Shown: positions 1 to 7,947 of the stretch, in pieces
How the letters are laid out: each line of letters begins with the position of its first letter
Position numbering within the stretch: position 1 is the first letter of the stretch
From: a virus
Strand: one strand, 5' to 3'
Virus record (IMG/VR): IMGVR_UViG_3300036715_000213
Coordinates: 1-64,000 of that record
DNA length: 64,000 bases
Notes under the pieces: model-generated
The model's database searches: none
What the model saw: the letters and a program-made list of their open reading frames with translations, nothing else
Told to the model about the DNA's origin: nothing
Made by a program: the position numbers and the translations under genes

Positions 1-107
1 GTAGGTTCCCACAAATCTTTTCTCATGTTCGGAATGCCGTCAACGACTTCCCGAACTAGAACATTAGAACCTACTATGCTAATATTGGTATAGAACCTAG
101 AATTCAT
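1..107 (-). CDS. gp43: DNA polymerase (family B), 5' end; runs off the window
   Basis: Hand translation MNSRFYTNISIVGSNVLVREVVDGIPNMRKDLWEPT resembles the T4-like gp43 N-terminus (FY.....GN..L.R....G.......PT). GAGGA SD upstream; position downstream of regA/hsp20 fits. Confidence 0.85.
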   Translation of the reverse strand, partial: MNSRFYTNISIVGSNVLVREVVDGIPNMRKDLWEP

Positions 108-124
108 TGTTGTCCTCGAACAAG

Positions 125-706
125 TTACAAAACATCAAAAGCACAATCATGTGTTGGATGATGCTTAACGACTTGGTATTTGTCAAAATCTGGAATATCC
201 ACATAACCGCCTTTAGAGGTTTCACTGTAGATTAAATCTATAGCAGTGCGAACATCTCTATAGCAATTATACGGTATAAATGGATCAACTCCAAATGTTC
301 TCTGCAATGATTCTAAAATTAGTTGGTCTAGACTACCACGCGTCCAGATCGGCAGTTCTTTGTGGTTTGGAAATGATAACCAGAACTTCTTCAGTTTCTG
401 CAATCCAGGAATTGCCAGCATGTCAAGTTCTTTGTTAGGAATAAAGGATGCTTTCTTTTGAACATCACCTTGCTTCTCCCACCAATCCAATGTGCCACTA
501 TTAATTGAGCGTGGTTTGTATTCTGAATTAACTTGTTCTTTTGCGTTGAACTTAACAAATATGCTTTCATTAAGCAAATATGAATAGGCTTCATCATTAT
601 TTTCCGGAAGAACTTCTGGATCACAATAAACCATAGCAAGTGATAGACAAACCGAATTAGACTCAATACCTAAAGTCTCAACGTCAAAGACAAAAAAACC
701 ACTCAT
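125..706 (-). CDS. dexA: DexA-like DEDDh 3'-5' exonuclease
   Basis: FDVETLG (ExoI), WTRGSLD (ExoII), RDVRT, HHPTHDC (ExoIII H-x4-D). Confidence 0.8.
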   Translation of the reverse strand: MSGFFVFDVETLGIESNSVCLSLAMVYCDPEVLPENNDEAYSYLLNESIFVKFNAKEQVNSEYKPRSINSGTLDWWEKQGDVQKKASFIPNKELDMLAIPGLQKLKKFWLSFPNHKELPIWTRGSLDQLILESLQRTFGVDPFIPYNCYRDVRTAIDLIYSETSKGGYVDIPDFDKYQVVKHHPTHDCAFDVL

Positions 707-728
707 AGATTACTCCTCAATATCATTC

Positions 729-757
729 ATTATAAAGTGTTTTGGGTTGGTACCCAA
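729..757 (-). promoter_or_regulatory. sigma70-like promoter upstream of dexA-gp43
   Basis: TTGGGT-N17-TATAAT on the - strand. Confidence 0.45.
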
Positions 758-761
758 ATAA

Positions 762-956
762 TTATTCGAAGTGCTTACCCATCACGCACTCATCAATAAA
801 TACTCGCGCGTGGTCTTCATCTGTAAAATATCGCATTAGAAATTGGCTTTCGGGACCGAAACCAAAAACCATTATCTGTTCTTGGTTATAGACTGAAGCA
901 CGAAAGGTCCATTCAACTGTTTTGATGAGTGGAAAGATTCTAAGATTGTGCTGCAT
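762..956 (-). CDS. hypothetical protein
   Basis: 64-aa ORF co-oriented between hsp20 and dexA. Confidence 0.6.
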   Translation of the reverse strand: MQHNLRIFPLIKTVEWTFRASVYNQEQIMVFGFGPESQFLMRYFTDEDHARVFIDECVMGKHFE

Positions 957-960
957 GTTG

Positions 961-979
961 AAAGGGGCTTGCGCCCCTT
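961..979 (-). terminator. hairpin / probable terminator after hsp20
   Basis: AAGGGGC-GCAA-GCCCCTT followed by a short T run. Confidence 0.55.
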
Positions 980-982
980 GTA

Positions 983-1462
983 TTAAATGTCCGATTCTTC
1001 GTTTAACAATTGAGGATGGTACTCCGCTTTAGGAGCCTCAATATTTATACGGATCGGTTTCTTCTCTTCTGGAATATTATGTTCCAGGAAGATCTTCAAC
1101 AGTCCGTTTACAAACGTCGAACTAGAAACACGCACATCTTCTTTAATCCAGAACTTACGCATCCAATGCTTGTTAGTCAGTCCTTGATGGATAAACGAAT
1201 CCGCGGATTCTGTTTTCTCGGGTGCACATTTGATTACTAATTGCTCACCCTCAACTGTAACCTCAAAGTCACCCAGACTATAGCCAGCGGCAGCTAATTC
1301 GATAACATAATTGTTTTCGTTTAGCTTACGGATATTGTATGGTGGGAATGCGATTTTTGTTTGTTGGGAAAGTGTTTCCATCAACGTTTGACGTGTGCGA
1401 GCAATGTCTCCAAAACCCACCGCGAAACGGTCCCAACCAAAGTCTGTATTTGCGAATTGCAT
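983..1462 (-). CDS. hsp20: small heat-shock protein Hsp20 (IbpA-like)
   Basis: FPPYNI, IELAAAGY, FIHQG, NGLLKIFLEH.IPEEKKP..I.I; SD AAGGAG. Confidence 0.93.
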   Translation of the reverse strand: MQFANTDFGWDRFAVGFGDIARTRQTLMETLSQQTKIAFPPYNIRKLNENNYVIELAAAGYSLGDFEVTVEGEQLVIKCAPEKTESADSFIHQGLTNKHWMRKFWIKEDVRVSSSTFVNGLLKIFLEHNIPEEKKPIRINIEAPKAEYHPQLLNEESDI

Positions 1463-1545
1463 AGTTTTCTCCTTATAATTAGACTTTCGTCCTAATTTAA
1501 ATTAAGTGCCCCTTACGGCAGCACTATCCAGGATCCTCTCCTGAA

Positions 1546-1980
1546 TTACTTTGGCTTGCGCTCACTGCGCATAGCGTACTTTGATTGCAAGTTCCAATTT
1601 TTCTTTTCCTTATACGACACCACTTTGATTGCACTTAGTGGTACTCGCATAACAGTGTATTCATCCGTCTTTACAACGGAACACAATCCCCATTGTTCTA
1701 GAAGAGCCGCGATTGTGTTTCTGCGCGAAATGTCTTCATGGGAGATATCCGATGGACGACCATCAAGCTGAAACAATTCTTTAAACATCGCGCAATAGTA
1801 TTTACCACGCTTGTGAAGAATATGACATGTTTGATAGAGCGTATCGTCTCTCTTGCTTGCTACTCCGATACGGGTTAGCGTTTCTTTAATTTTCAGAAAG
1901 TCATCTGGAGTTAATAGCTCAATTTCCAATAGTGATTCTGCTGACCATGGATATAAGTCAAGTTCGTTTTTTGTTATCAT
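1546..1980 (-). CDS. regA: translational repressor RegA
   Basis: DDFLKIKETLTRIGVAS, LYQTCHILHKRGKYY, RRNTIA.LL.QWGL. Confidence 0.97.
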   Translation of the reverse strand: MITKNELDLYPWSAESLLEIELLTPDDFLKIKETLTRIGVASKRDDTLYQTCHILHKRGKYYCAMFKELFQLDGRPSDISHEDISRRNTIAALLEQWGLCSVVKTDEYTVMRVPLSAIKVVSYKEKKNWNLQSKYAMRSERKPK

Positions 1981-2354
1981 TTCCCACCACGAGTTGTCAT
2001 TTCTTTCAGAGTATTTAGTGAATCTGAATCTAACAGCTTGTGGAAGGAAAGTGCTCTTTGGCGATTAACCTTGTAAGTTTCCATGATCAATGTAATCATG
2101 TCATCTTTTTCCGGCTTGTGCCACTTAGCGAAACGCTTTTTCTTAGGATTGATAGCGATGCGGTAAAAGTCGTATTGCCACTTTTTGGGGATAGTAGTCA
2201 TACGATTCATCTCATTCGCAATCATCACGGTGTCATGATGAAGGCTAAATGCGCGATTAACCATGAAGGAATTGTAGTCTTTTTCGTCTAACTCATCCCA
2301 ATTGTCATTTTTGGACGTTGACAGTTGCCCAATTATTTCAAATGGGTTCGCCAT
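1977..2354 (-). CDS. gp62: clamp loader small subunit
   Basis: YNSFMVNRAFS...D....ANEMN, QYDFY, KKRFAKW; sits between gp44 and regA. Confidence 0.92.
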   Translation of the reverse strand: MANPFEIIGQLSTSKNDNWDELDEKDYNSFMVNRAFSLHHDTVMIANEMNRMTTIPKKWQYDFYRIAINPKKKRFAKWHKPEKDDMITLIMETYKVNRQRALSFHKLLDSDSLNTLKEMTTRGGK

Positions 2355-2640
2355 TATCGTCTACCACAATGTACATAAGGACTTGACCATCTTCCATGTC
2401 TGCGCGGCAGCGTTCTTTACCTTCATCAATTGTGCGTGTCTGAAACAAGAACTTGTTCTTCTCCAGATTATAGAACAAATAAGCACCGTCAGTTACAACA
2501 ATTTCAATGTTAATACATTTGCTTTTCTGCTCACGTTGCTTTGTGTTGTATCCAGAGATAACGCCGCGCCAGTAAAAGAAGCCACAGATCGCCATCCAGA
2601 ACAAAAATGCTCCGAGATTGTCTAATTCAAGCCAGTTCAT
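2338..2640 (-). CDS. hypothetical membrane protein inserted between gp44 and gp62
   Basis: Probable start MNWLELD overlaps the gp44 stop (ATGA); N-terminal hydrophobic helix. Confidence 0.6.
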   Translation of the reverse strand: MNWLELDNLGAFLFWMAICGFFYWRGVISGYNTKQREQKSKCINIEIVVTDGAYLFYNLEKNKFLFQTRTIDEGKERCRADMEDGQVLMYIVVDDNGEPI

Positions 2641-3581
2641 ACCCACTCCGCTTCTGCAGCAAATACTGCAAGGCAAGCTGTAATCAAGAGCTCAGTATCA
2701 GCAACTTGACTGCATTTATATAGATAGTCACCCAGAGTAACAACAATAGAGGGGAGACATCTTGGGGAAAGTAGTGGTGTAGTTTTTTCATATAAGCCTT
2801 TAAAAATATGTAAAGGTTCGATGTCTGAATTTGTTCCAACCCACTTACGCATGTCAGTAAAGTTTTTTGCCTTCAGAGCAACGACCAATTCGTTTAATTG
2901 AGCGTCAACCTGATTCACTAAAATACCAGAATCAATCTTGCCGCTTGAACTGTAACTTTGCAGCGCATTCAATGTGCTACGGAAGTCAGGATAGAACTTT
3001 TTAACCAACTCAGCGATGACTGGTTTGTCGTACTCAACACCTTCACTATCCAAGATGGTGAGAATACGTTTGAAGAAATGCGCTTGTAGTTTCGGCGCTT
3101 CTTCTTTGCTTACCTTAAAATCAATAACAAAACAACGGCTATGGATTGCGTCCATTACCTTGTTCTTAAAATTACAAGTAAAGATAAATCGTGTATTAGG
3201 AAATTGTTCAATAACGCCACGCAACGATTGTTGCTGGGCTGCTGATGCTCCGTCAAACTCATCAAGTAAGACAATCTTAATTCCATCGCCAAACGAAACA
3301 GATGATGCGAACTGAATTACATTCATCCGAACTGCGTCAATACCTTCAAGCGAAGCATTAATGTACATCAAGTCGGCGCCCAACTCATTAGCGATGACTC
3401 GTGCTAAAGTCGTCTTTCCTGTGCCTGCAGATCCAGTGAATAGGAAATGCGGGATGTTTCCGTTATCAATTAGATCCTGGATTGTTTTCTTTGTACCGTC
3501 TGGAAGAATTGCATCAGCCAGTTTGACTGGGCGATACTTCTCAGCCCACACGAGATTGTTCAATTTGTCGTTTTCAATCAT
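2637..3581 (-). CDS. gp44: clamp loader large subunit (RFC-like AAA+)
   Basis: WAEKYRP, Walker A GSAGTGKTT, LLDEFD, SRC. Confidence 0.97.
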   Translation of the reverse strand: MIENDKLNNLVWAEKYRPVKLADAILPDGTKKTIQDLIDNGNIPHFLFTGSAGTGKTTLARVIANELGADLMYINASLEGIDAVRMNVIQFASSVSFGDGIKIVLLDEFDGASAAQQQSLRGVIEQFPNTRFIFTCNFKNKVMDAIHSRCFVIDFKVSKEEAPKLQAHFFKRILTILDSEGVEYDKPVIAELVKKFYPDFRSTLNALQSYSSSGKIDSGILVNQVDAQLNELVVALKAKNFTDMRKWVGTNSDIEPLHIFKGLYEKTTPLLSPRCLPSIVVTLGDYLYKCSQVADTELLITACLAVFAAEAEWV

Positions 3582-3639
3582 GGATTGCTTTCATAATGTA
3601 GATGTCTTATTGTAATAGGAATTACAACGAAACAAAATA

Positions 3640-3900
3640 AAGTAAGAGGTTGATTTGGTTATATAGTCCAACCTCTAAAACACTACACTCTCGGTTTAGG
3701 CAACCAGAGAGAATCTTTCGTCGTTTGCATTTACTGCGATTTAGGTTTTACGTCCACTTTGACGATCTCTATAATTGTTTCCCTGCGCTGTCGAAACTAT
3801 GGCTGGCCCATCAAAAACATTTGAGTTGCTTTTGGTGGACCAGGGCGGTACTGCCCCGCCTTCCAACACATATACGCAATTACAGTTGCTAATTAAATAG
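3640..3900 (-). ncRNA. ssrA: circularly permuted (two-piece) tmRNA; tag ANDERFSLVA* at 3728-3696
   Basis: The acceptor piece ends GGCGG-GGCAGTA-CCGCC-CTGGTCC-A-CCA (CCA at 3833). A 23-nt spacer follows, then the coding piece starts GGGCCAG..TTTCGAC at 3809. GGGCCAG/CTGGTCC pair with a G3.U Ala determinant. Helix 2 pairs CAGCGCA/TGTGTTG and CAATTATAG/CTGTAATTG. Resume context is GTAAAT-GCA AAC GAC GAA. Outer ends are approximate. Confidence 0.92.
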
Positions 3901-4345
3901 CGGATTCTTTATTTAGTTTCTTTGAATGGAAATTCAATCCTGGATTGACTAACTTCTTTCCTTGACCTAATTTCCACCCATCGGGCTGTTCGTTTTCCAT
4001 AAAACAACCGCGCTTAGTCATATTGTCTGGATTATAGTACCAACGAGTTCCTTTAGTTCCTGCAGGATTTCTATTACCACCATTATCTAATTTCATTCCT
4101 TTGCGACTTTTTCTCGGTACTGTATGAGCTTTTTTACCAGCTTCATGTAACATTTGCTTGATGATTTCTTCACGGTTAATCATCTTAGCTAATCCCATCC
4201 ACGCTAACCTATCTTGCCAACGTCCATGCTGTTCAAACAAAACGCGATGTGCTTCTGCATGTTCTTCAATTGAAAGCTCTATCAAATTTTCTAGATTATC
4301 AGTTCCGCCGGCGTGTTTTGGTATGATGTGGTGTTTATGTTTCAT
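3893..4345 (-). CDS. free-standing HNH homing endonuclease
   Basis: HHIIPKHAGGTD...NLIELSIEEHAEAH HNH core; C-terminal GTRWYYN...PDGWKLG DNA-binding module. Confidence 0.88.
   Translation of the reverse strand: MKHKHHIIPKHAGGTDNLENLIELSIEEHAEAHRVLFEQHGRWQDRLAWMGLAKMINREEIIKQMLHEAGKKAHTVPRKSRKGMKLDNGGNRNPAGTKGTRWYYNPDNMTKRGCFMENEQPDGWKLGQGKKLVNPGLNFHSKKLNKESAI
3910..3917 (-). promoter_or_regulatory. late promoter-like ACTAAATA upstream of the tmRNA acceptor piece
   Basis: Matches the window's late consensus; lies in the last codons of the HNH gene. Confidence 0.5.
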
Positions 4346-4346
4346 T

Positions 4347-4381
4347 GTATCGATCCTATGTTTTATTTATAGGATCGATAC
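4347..4381 (-). promoter_or_regulatory. RBS-sequestering hairpin with embedded late promoter TATAAATA (4364-4371)
   Basis: Perfect 13-bp inverted repeat GTATCGATCCTAT/ATAGGATCGATAC; the 3' arm holds the AGGA SD of the HNH gene. Confidence 0.85.
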
Positions 4382-4388
4382 CTTAACA

Positions 4389-4676
4389 TCATATGATTGT
4401 AGTTTTATCAGGTTGCACAGGACGATAAGCCTGTGCAACAATAGGAGAGCTGATTCGAATCGTACTTCCATCTTTACAAGTCACTTCGTGCGGTGTAAAA
4501 GGTGGCCATGTTGTTGGACCCGCAGGTACAAAACCCGGCGGATAATACCCTGGACCAATTGGAGTCATTCGTTCCACATTTGGTTTCATATTGTAAACCA
4601 ATTGGCGGAGCGTTGCTATTTCCCGCTCTAGTGCTGTTACACGGCTGTCGAGAGTATGTTGTGCTAATGTGTTCAT
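4389..4676 (-). CDS. hypothetical protein (short coiled coil plus Pro-rich segment)
   Basis: AAGGA SD directly after the tRNA; 95-aa ORF. Confidence 0.6.
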   Translation of the reverse strand: MNTLAQHTLDSRVTALEREIATLRQLVYNMKPNVERMTPIGPGYYPPGFVPAGPTTWPPFTPHEVTCKDGSTIRISSPIVAQAYRPVQPDKTTII

Positions 4677-4686
4677 ATAAATCCTT

Positions 4687-4762
4687 TGGTGCGGCGTCTG
4701 GGAGTCGAACCCAATATCGGTGAATTATGAGTTCACTGCTTTTACCAATAAGCTACCGCCGC
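4687..4762 (-). tRNA. tRNA with CAT anticodon (elongator Met or Ile2)
   Basis: GCGGCGG-TA-GCTT..AAGC-A-GTGAA-CTCATAA-TTCAC..TTGGG-TTCGACT-CCCAG-ACGCCGC-A-CCA, 76 nt with encoded CCA; lacks initiator features. Confidence 0.93.
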
Positions 4763-4763
4763 A

Positions 4764-4870
4764 GTGGGCTCCTCTATAACTGCACATCCTGAGAAGGAAT
4801 TTATCGTCTTTGACAGCAGTTTATTAAGATTCAGCGGGATGTCTCGGTTACTAACCCGCTTAGAGCCTAC
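4764..4870 (-). ncRNA. putative structured RNA of unknown class in the tRNA 5' leader
   Basis: Closing stem GTAGGCTC/GAGCCCAC; internal stems AGCGGG/CCCGCT and AACTGC/GCAGTT; flanked by a late promoter and the tRNA. Confidence 0.5.
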
Positions 4871-4872
4871 TA

Positions 4873-4880
4873 TATTTAGC
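4873..4880 (-). promoter_or_regulatory. late promoter GCTAAATA
   Basis: Matches the N(A/C)TAAATA consensus; directly upstream of the structured RNA and tRNA. Confidence 0.6.
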
Positions 4881-5058
4881 CGTTCAGTTGTTGCTTACCG
4901 TCAGACTTTGTAGATTCATCAGTAGAATCAGCCAGCTTAACTATATCCTTAACCTGCTTCATTGCGTTGTTCAAAGATGTGTGTACATGTACACTATCTT
5001 GTTCACGAACAATATAACCGCCGTTTACAGCGGCGATAATTACAATTTTTTCTTCCAT
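4876..5058 (-). CDS. hypothetical protein
   Basis: 60-aa ORF with AGGA SD, downstream of gp45. Confidence 0.6.
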   Translation of the reverse strand: MEEKIVIIAAVNGGYIVREQDSVHVHTSLNNAMKQVKDIVKLADSTDESTKSDGKQQLNG

Positions 5059-5067
5059 GATATTTCC

Positions 5068-5724
5068 TTAAAGTTCAGAGGTAGATTCTAGTGCAACGTA
5101 AACAGTCATCTTGTCATCAACGCTAGTAAAGCGGCTAATCTTCTTAGATGAGATCGACACCTTATAGTCCTGTGACATCAACTTCAAGTTTTCAATCTTC
5201 AAGTTAGCTGTAAACTCTTTGTCGGTTGTACTGAGCTCCAAGTTATACGAGTTTGCTGTTGCGTTCTTCAAATCACCGATAACGATCGACAAGGTGCCGT
5301 CCTTACCAACAACCGAGACGTCAACTGCGCGCAATACGCTTGCCATCTTCTGGATAGTCGACAATTGTTGAGCTGACAGATCAAACTCAATATCGCTTGC
5401 CGGAAATACAACCTTCTTCTGTGGTACAGTCAATACAGATTCATCAGCTGCATAGAACTTAACACTAGATCCACCTTCCTTAAAGACAACGTATTTGTCC
5501 TTAAATTCCAGTTCAGGTTCGTTAAACGCACTAATGATTCCCAGGAACTCATTAGTGTCGTAGATACCAAACTGCTTTGGAAATGTCTCTGCTACAGTTG
5601 CTGAAGCAATAACGTTCTTCTGTACGTTGATTGTATTTAGTACGTTACCTTCTTTGATCAACAAATTTTGGTTGATGCTGGCGAAGTTACGCAATACCGC
5701 CATTGTGTCTTTGGAAATTCTCAT
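5068..5724 (-). CDS. gp45: DNA polymerase sliding clamp
   Basis: LRNFASINQNLLIKEG, FGIYD.NEFL, ENLKL....Y.V.IS, YVALE. Confidence 0.96.
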   Translation of the reverse strand: MRISKDTMAVLRNFASINQNLLIKEGNVLNTINVQKNVIASATVAETFPKQFGIYDTNEFLGIISAFNEPELEFKDKYVVFKEGGSSVKFYAADESVLTVPQKKVVFPASDIEFDLSAQQLSTIQKMASVLRAVDVSVVGKDGTLSIVIGDLKNATANSYNLELSTTDKEFTANLKIENLKLMSQDYKVSISSKKISRFTSVDDKMTVYVALESTSEL

Positions 5725-6329
5725 AGTTTTTCTCGGTTACGAATCATCTTATCAACGATATCGCCTAATGTTTCGTTCTTCTTGTTTCCGTAAATGAACA
5801 CGTTCAATTCCGGATTCCATTTCATTGGACTAGTGTACTTAGGTTGTGGTTTCATATCTTCAGCGTCAAAGTTTTCTTCCAACCACTTATGTAGTCTAGC
5901 GACTGAAACATCATCCCAAGAGAGTTGTTCAGCACCAACTTCATCCGGAGGATCTATATCTCCGTCAACAATGCCTGTTGGAAATGGCCATGATGTATTC
6001 TTTGGCAATTCAACTTTAGCGCAAGGATTAGATTCAATCTCTTCCTCTGCTTCCAGATCAGCAATAAACATCAAGCAACACAGAGCATGAGCCATATGCG
6101 GCAATCCAGTTTCCTGATCTTTCTTCTCACCCGTCATATACGCTGTAATATGACGCAGTGCAGCATCTAGATAACGCTCAGGACCGTTCTCTACATGCTT
6201 CCAATTATTTGGCAAATACTTCTTTGCACCAAATGTCAGCACATCCGAAACAAGACAAAGCGCACGTGGTGGCAAAAGCCCCATGCGTGCTTTCTCTTGG
6301 TCGAATTTCATCCCTAGAGTTTTCGTCAT
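5721..6329 (-). CDS. dATP/dGTP diphosphohydrolase-domain (DUF5664) protein
   Basis: KFDQEK.RMGLLP, VLTFGAKKY..NNWK, AALRH, D.ETGLPHMAHALCCLMF. Confidence 0.85.
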   Translation of the reverse strand: MTKTLGMKFDQEKARMGLLPPRALCLVSDVLTFGAKKYLPNNWKHVENGPERYLDAALRHITAYMTGEKKDQETGLPHMAHALCCLMFIADLEAEEEIESNPCAKVELPKNTSWPFPTGIVDGDIDPPDEVGAEQLSWDDVSVARLHKWLEENFDAEDMKPQPKYTSPMKWNPELNVFIYGNKKNETLGDIVDKMIRNREKL

Positions 6330-6340
6330 GGGTATTTTAC

Positions 6341-6583
6341 TTAGGAAGTAAAACCAGCGGCTTGCATTACTTGTGTTGGAGTACCAATACGATACTTTGT
6401 CACAATAGTGCCGTCGCGCAAGGTACGTTTGTTGCCATAAACTGCAACAAACTCGCGCTCACGTAGGTTACGAACTGCTGTGTACGGATTAGCAAACCCC
6501 ATTGCGGAGATTTGTGTCGCAGTTAGTTCTTTACCGGAACGGAGAGTCTTTAACAGTTTTGCTTGCTTTGTAATTGTCGTCAT
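6341..6583 (-). CDS. small winged-HTH-like protein conserved in T4-like phages
   Basis: LRSGKELTA.QI..ANP..AV..LR...VY.N...KYRIGTP. Confidence 0.7.
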   Translation of the reverse strand: MTTITKQAKLLKTLRSGKELTATQISAMGFANPYTAVRNLREREFVAVYGNKRTLRDGTIVTKYRIGTPTQVMQAAGFTS

Positions 6584-6631
6584 AATTATGCCTTCATCAG
6601 TGGGATTGAAAATTGAAATAGATTACCACTA

Positions 6632-6952
6632 TTATACTACTCCAAATTCTTTTAGCTCTTTGACATAGTCCGGATAAAACTCATGTGTCGTATCTGGATC
6701 AATCTGCGGAACTGATTCTGCTTGCGTTGGCAATTGGTAAACGCCACGATCAATTGCATTGTTCGTGATCAACCAAATAGGCCAGCCCGTTTTATATTTC
6801 TTATCTTCCTTCCGGAGTTCTAAGAAATGTTTATGAGCCGTAACTAATTGGGCATGTGTTATTCTACCCGATATATACGTTTCTGCAAAATAATATTCAA
6901 TCAACGCCAGCCATTTGGCTTGGGCTGGCGTCATCTTTTCGAAGGTAATCAT
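6632..6952 (-). CDS. hypothetical protein
   Basis: 106-aa ORF coupled (ATGA) to the upstream gene. Confidence 0.7.
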   Translation of the reverse strand: MITFEKMTPAQAKWLALIEYYFAETYISGRITHAQLVTAHKHFLELRKEDKKYKTGWPIWLITNNAIDRGVYQLPTQAESVPQIDPDTTHEFYPDYVKELKEFGVV

Positions 6953-7920
6953 GCTTCGATTTCGTAGTTTTCGAGAATGTAGTTGAATGCTTCATTCTTT
7001 TTAGTGTTACCAGTACCCCAGAATGTAGAGTTCAGGATACGGTTTGGGTTACGTCCAACGTGATGATCATGATACTCAGTGACTGCGTTCAACAGTCCCC
7101 AAGCAGTTTGTCCTGCCATATCGGAACCCATTGCACCACCTAGGTACAGATTGTGAACATCATTTGCCATTGCTACTTCTGCCTTTGTTGGGTCAGCTGC
7201 ATCATTTGCAAACAGTGTTAACAGGTCCGCGTATGCGTCCTTAACTGTAACCTTCTTAGACTTCATCTCCAACAGTTGACGTTGGAACTTGTCCCAAGAC
7301 GATTCAAACAAACCAAGTTCGTTCTTAACATTGTTAGGATTGAACGTAGAACGGTGATTAGTTGCTACGCGAGATTTGCGTTGGTCACCAACTGCGACGC
7401 TTAATGTGTTATTACACACGACGCGAACGCTGGTAAACTGTGCTGCGGTTGCCATTGAACCGTCACACGATGTAGACAAGAGCAAATAGCCGCCTACAAT
7501 GTCATTACCGCCAACTGCCACCTTTTGATTGGTGTCAGCCAGAGCCCAGAACTTCTTACCGCCGAACAATGTTCCGGCAGTAGACAGTTCCATTCCTGCA
7601 TCGCTAACGAGCGAGCGGAAGAATTCCAAAACTTCCTTCGGCTGGACAGCCTTGTACTTGTCGGAAACTACAGACAGGGCTTCACGGGTGTCACTACGAT
7701 ACAAGACGCGCTTGCCGTCAAAGATTTGAGTTGTTGAATCTTGATCGGTGAAGTTCAACTCTGAGGAATTGATTTCCCAATCCATACCAGCTTCGCGCTG
7801 CCATACTTCAATAGGAGAACCGCGGGTCAATTCTTGGCCAAGTCCGTGCCAAATCTCGGAACGGTTACCGACAAATGCCATTTCGTCTTTGCCGGCGGTG
7901 CGTGTAATTTCGTGTGCCAT
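6949..7920 (-). CDS. DUF932 (TIGR03299 phage/plasmid-like) protein
   Basis: WHGLG, AGMDW, VVSDKY.AVQP, TAG.L.GG, S.DGS, TSVRVVCNNTL, TAWGLLNAVTEY.DH. Confidence 0.9.
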   Translation of the reverse strand: MAHEITRTAGKDEMAFVGNRSEIWHGLGQELTRGSPIEVWQREAGMDWEINSSELNFTDQDSTTQIFDGKRVLYRSDTREALSVVSDKYKAVQPKEVLEFFRSLVSDAGMELSTAGTLFGGKKFWALADTNQKVAVGGNDIVGGYLLLSTSCDGSMATAAQFTSVRVVCNNTLSVAVGDQRKSRVATNHRSTFNPNNVKNELGLFESSWDKFQRQLLEMKSKKVTVKDAYADLLTLFANDAADPTKAEVAMANDVHNLYLGGAMGSDMAGQTAWGLLNAVTEYHDHHVGRNPNRILNSTFWGTGNTKKNEAFNYILENYEIEA

Positions 7921-7947
7921 AATATAAAGTCCTTCAAGTAAAACGTA

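Noticed and set aside
1480-1545. Hammerhead ribozyme suggested by CGAAA and flanking stems
   Set aside because: There is no CUGANGA core; the GAAA is a hairpin loop.
3650-3892. 80-aa + strand ORF
   Set aside because: It is antisense to the tmRNA, which fully explains the sequence.
4687-4762. Initiator tRNA-fMet
   Set aside because: It has a paired G1-C72 and lacks the three consecutive G-C pairs in the anticodon stem.
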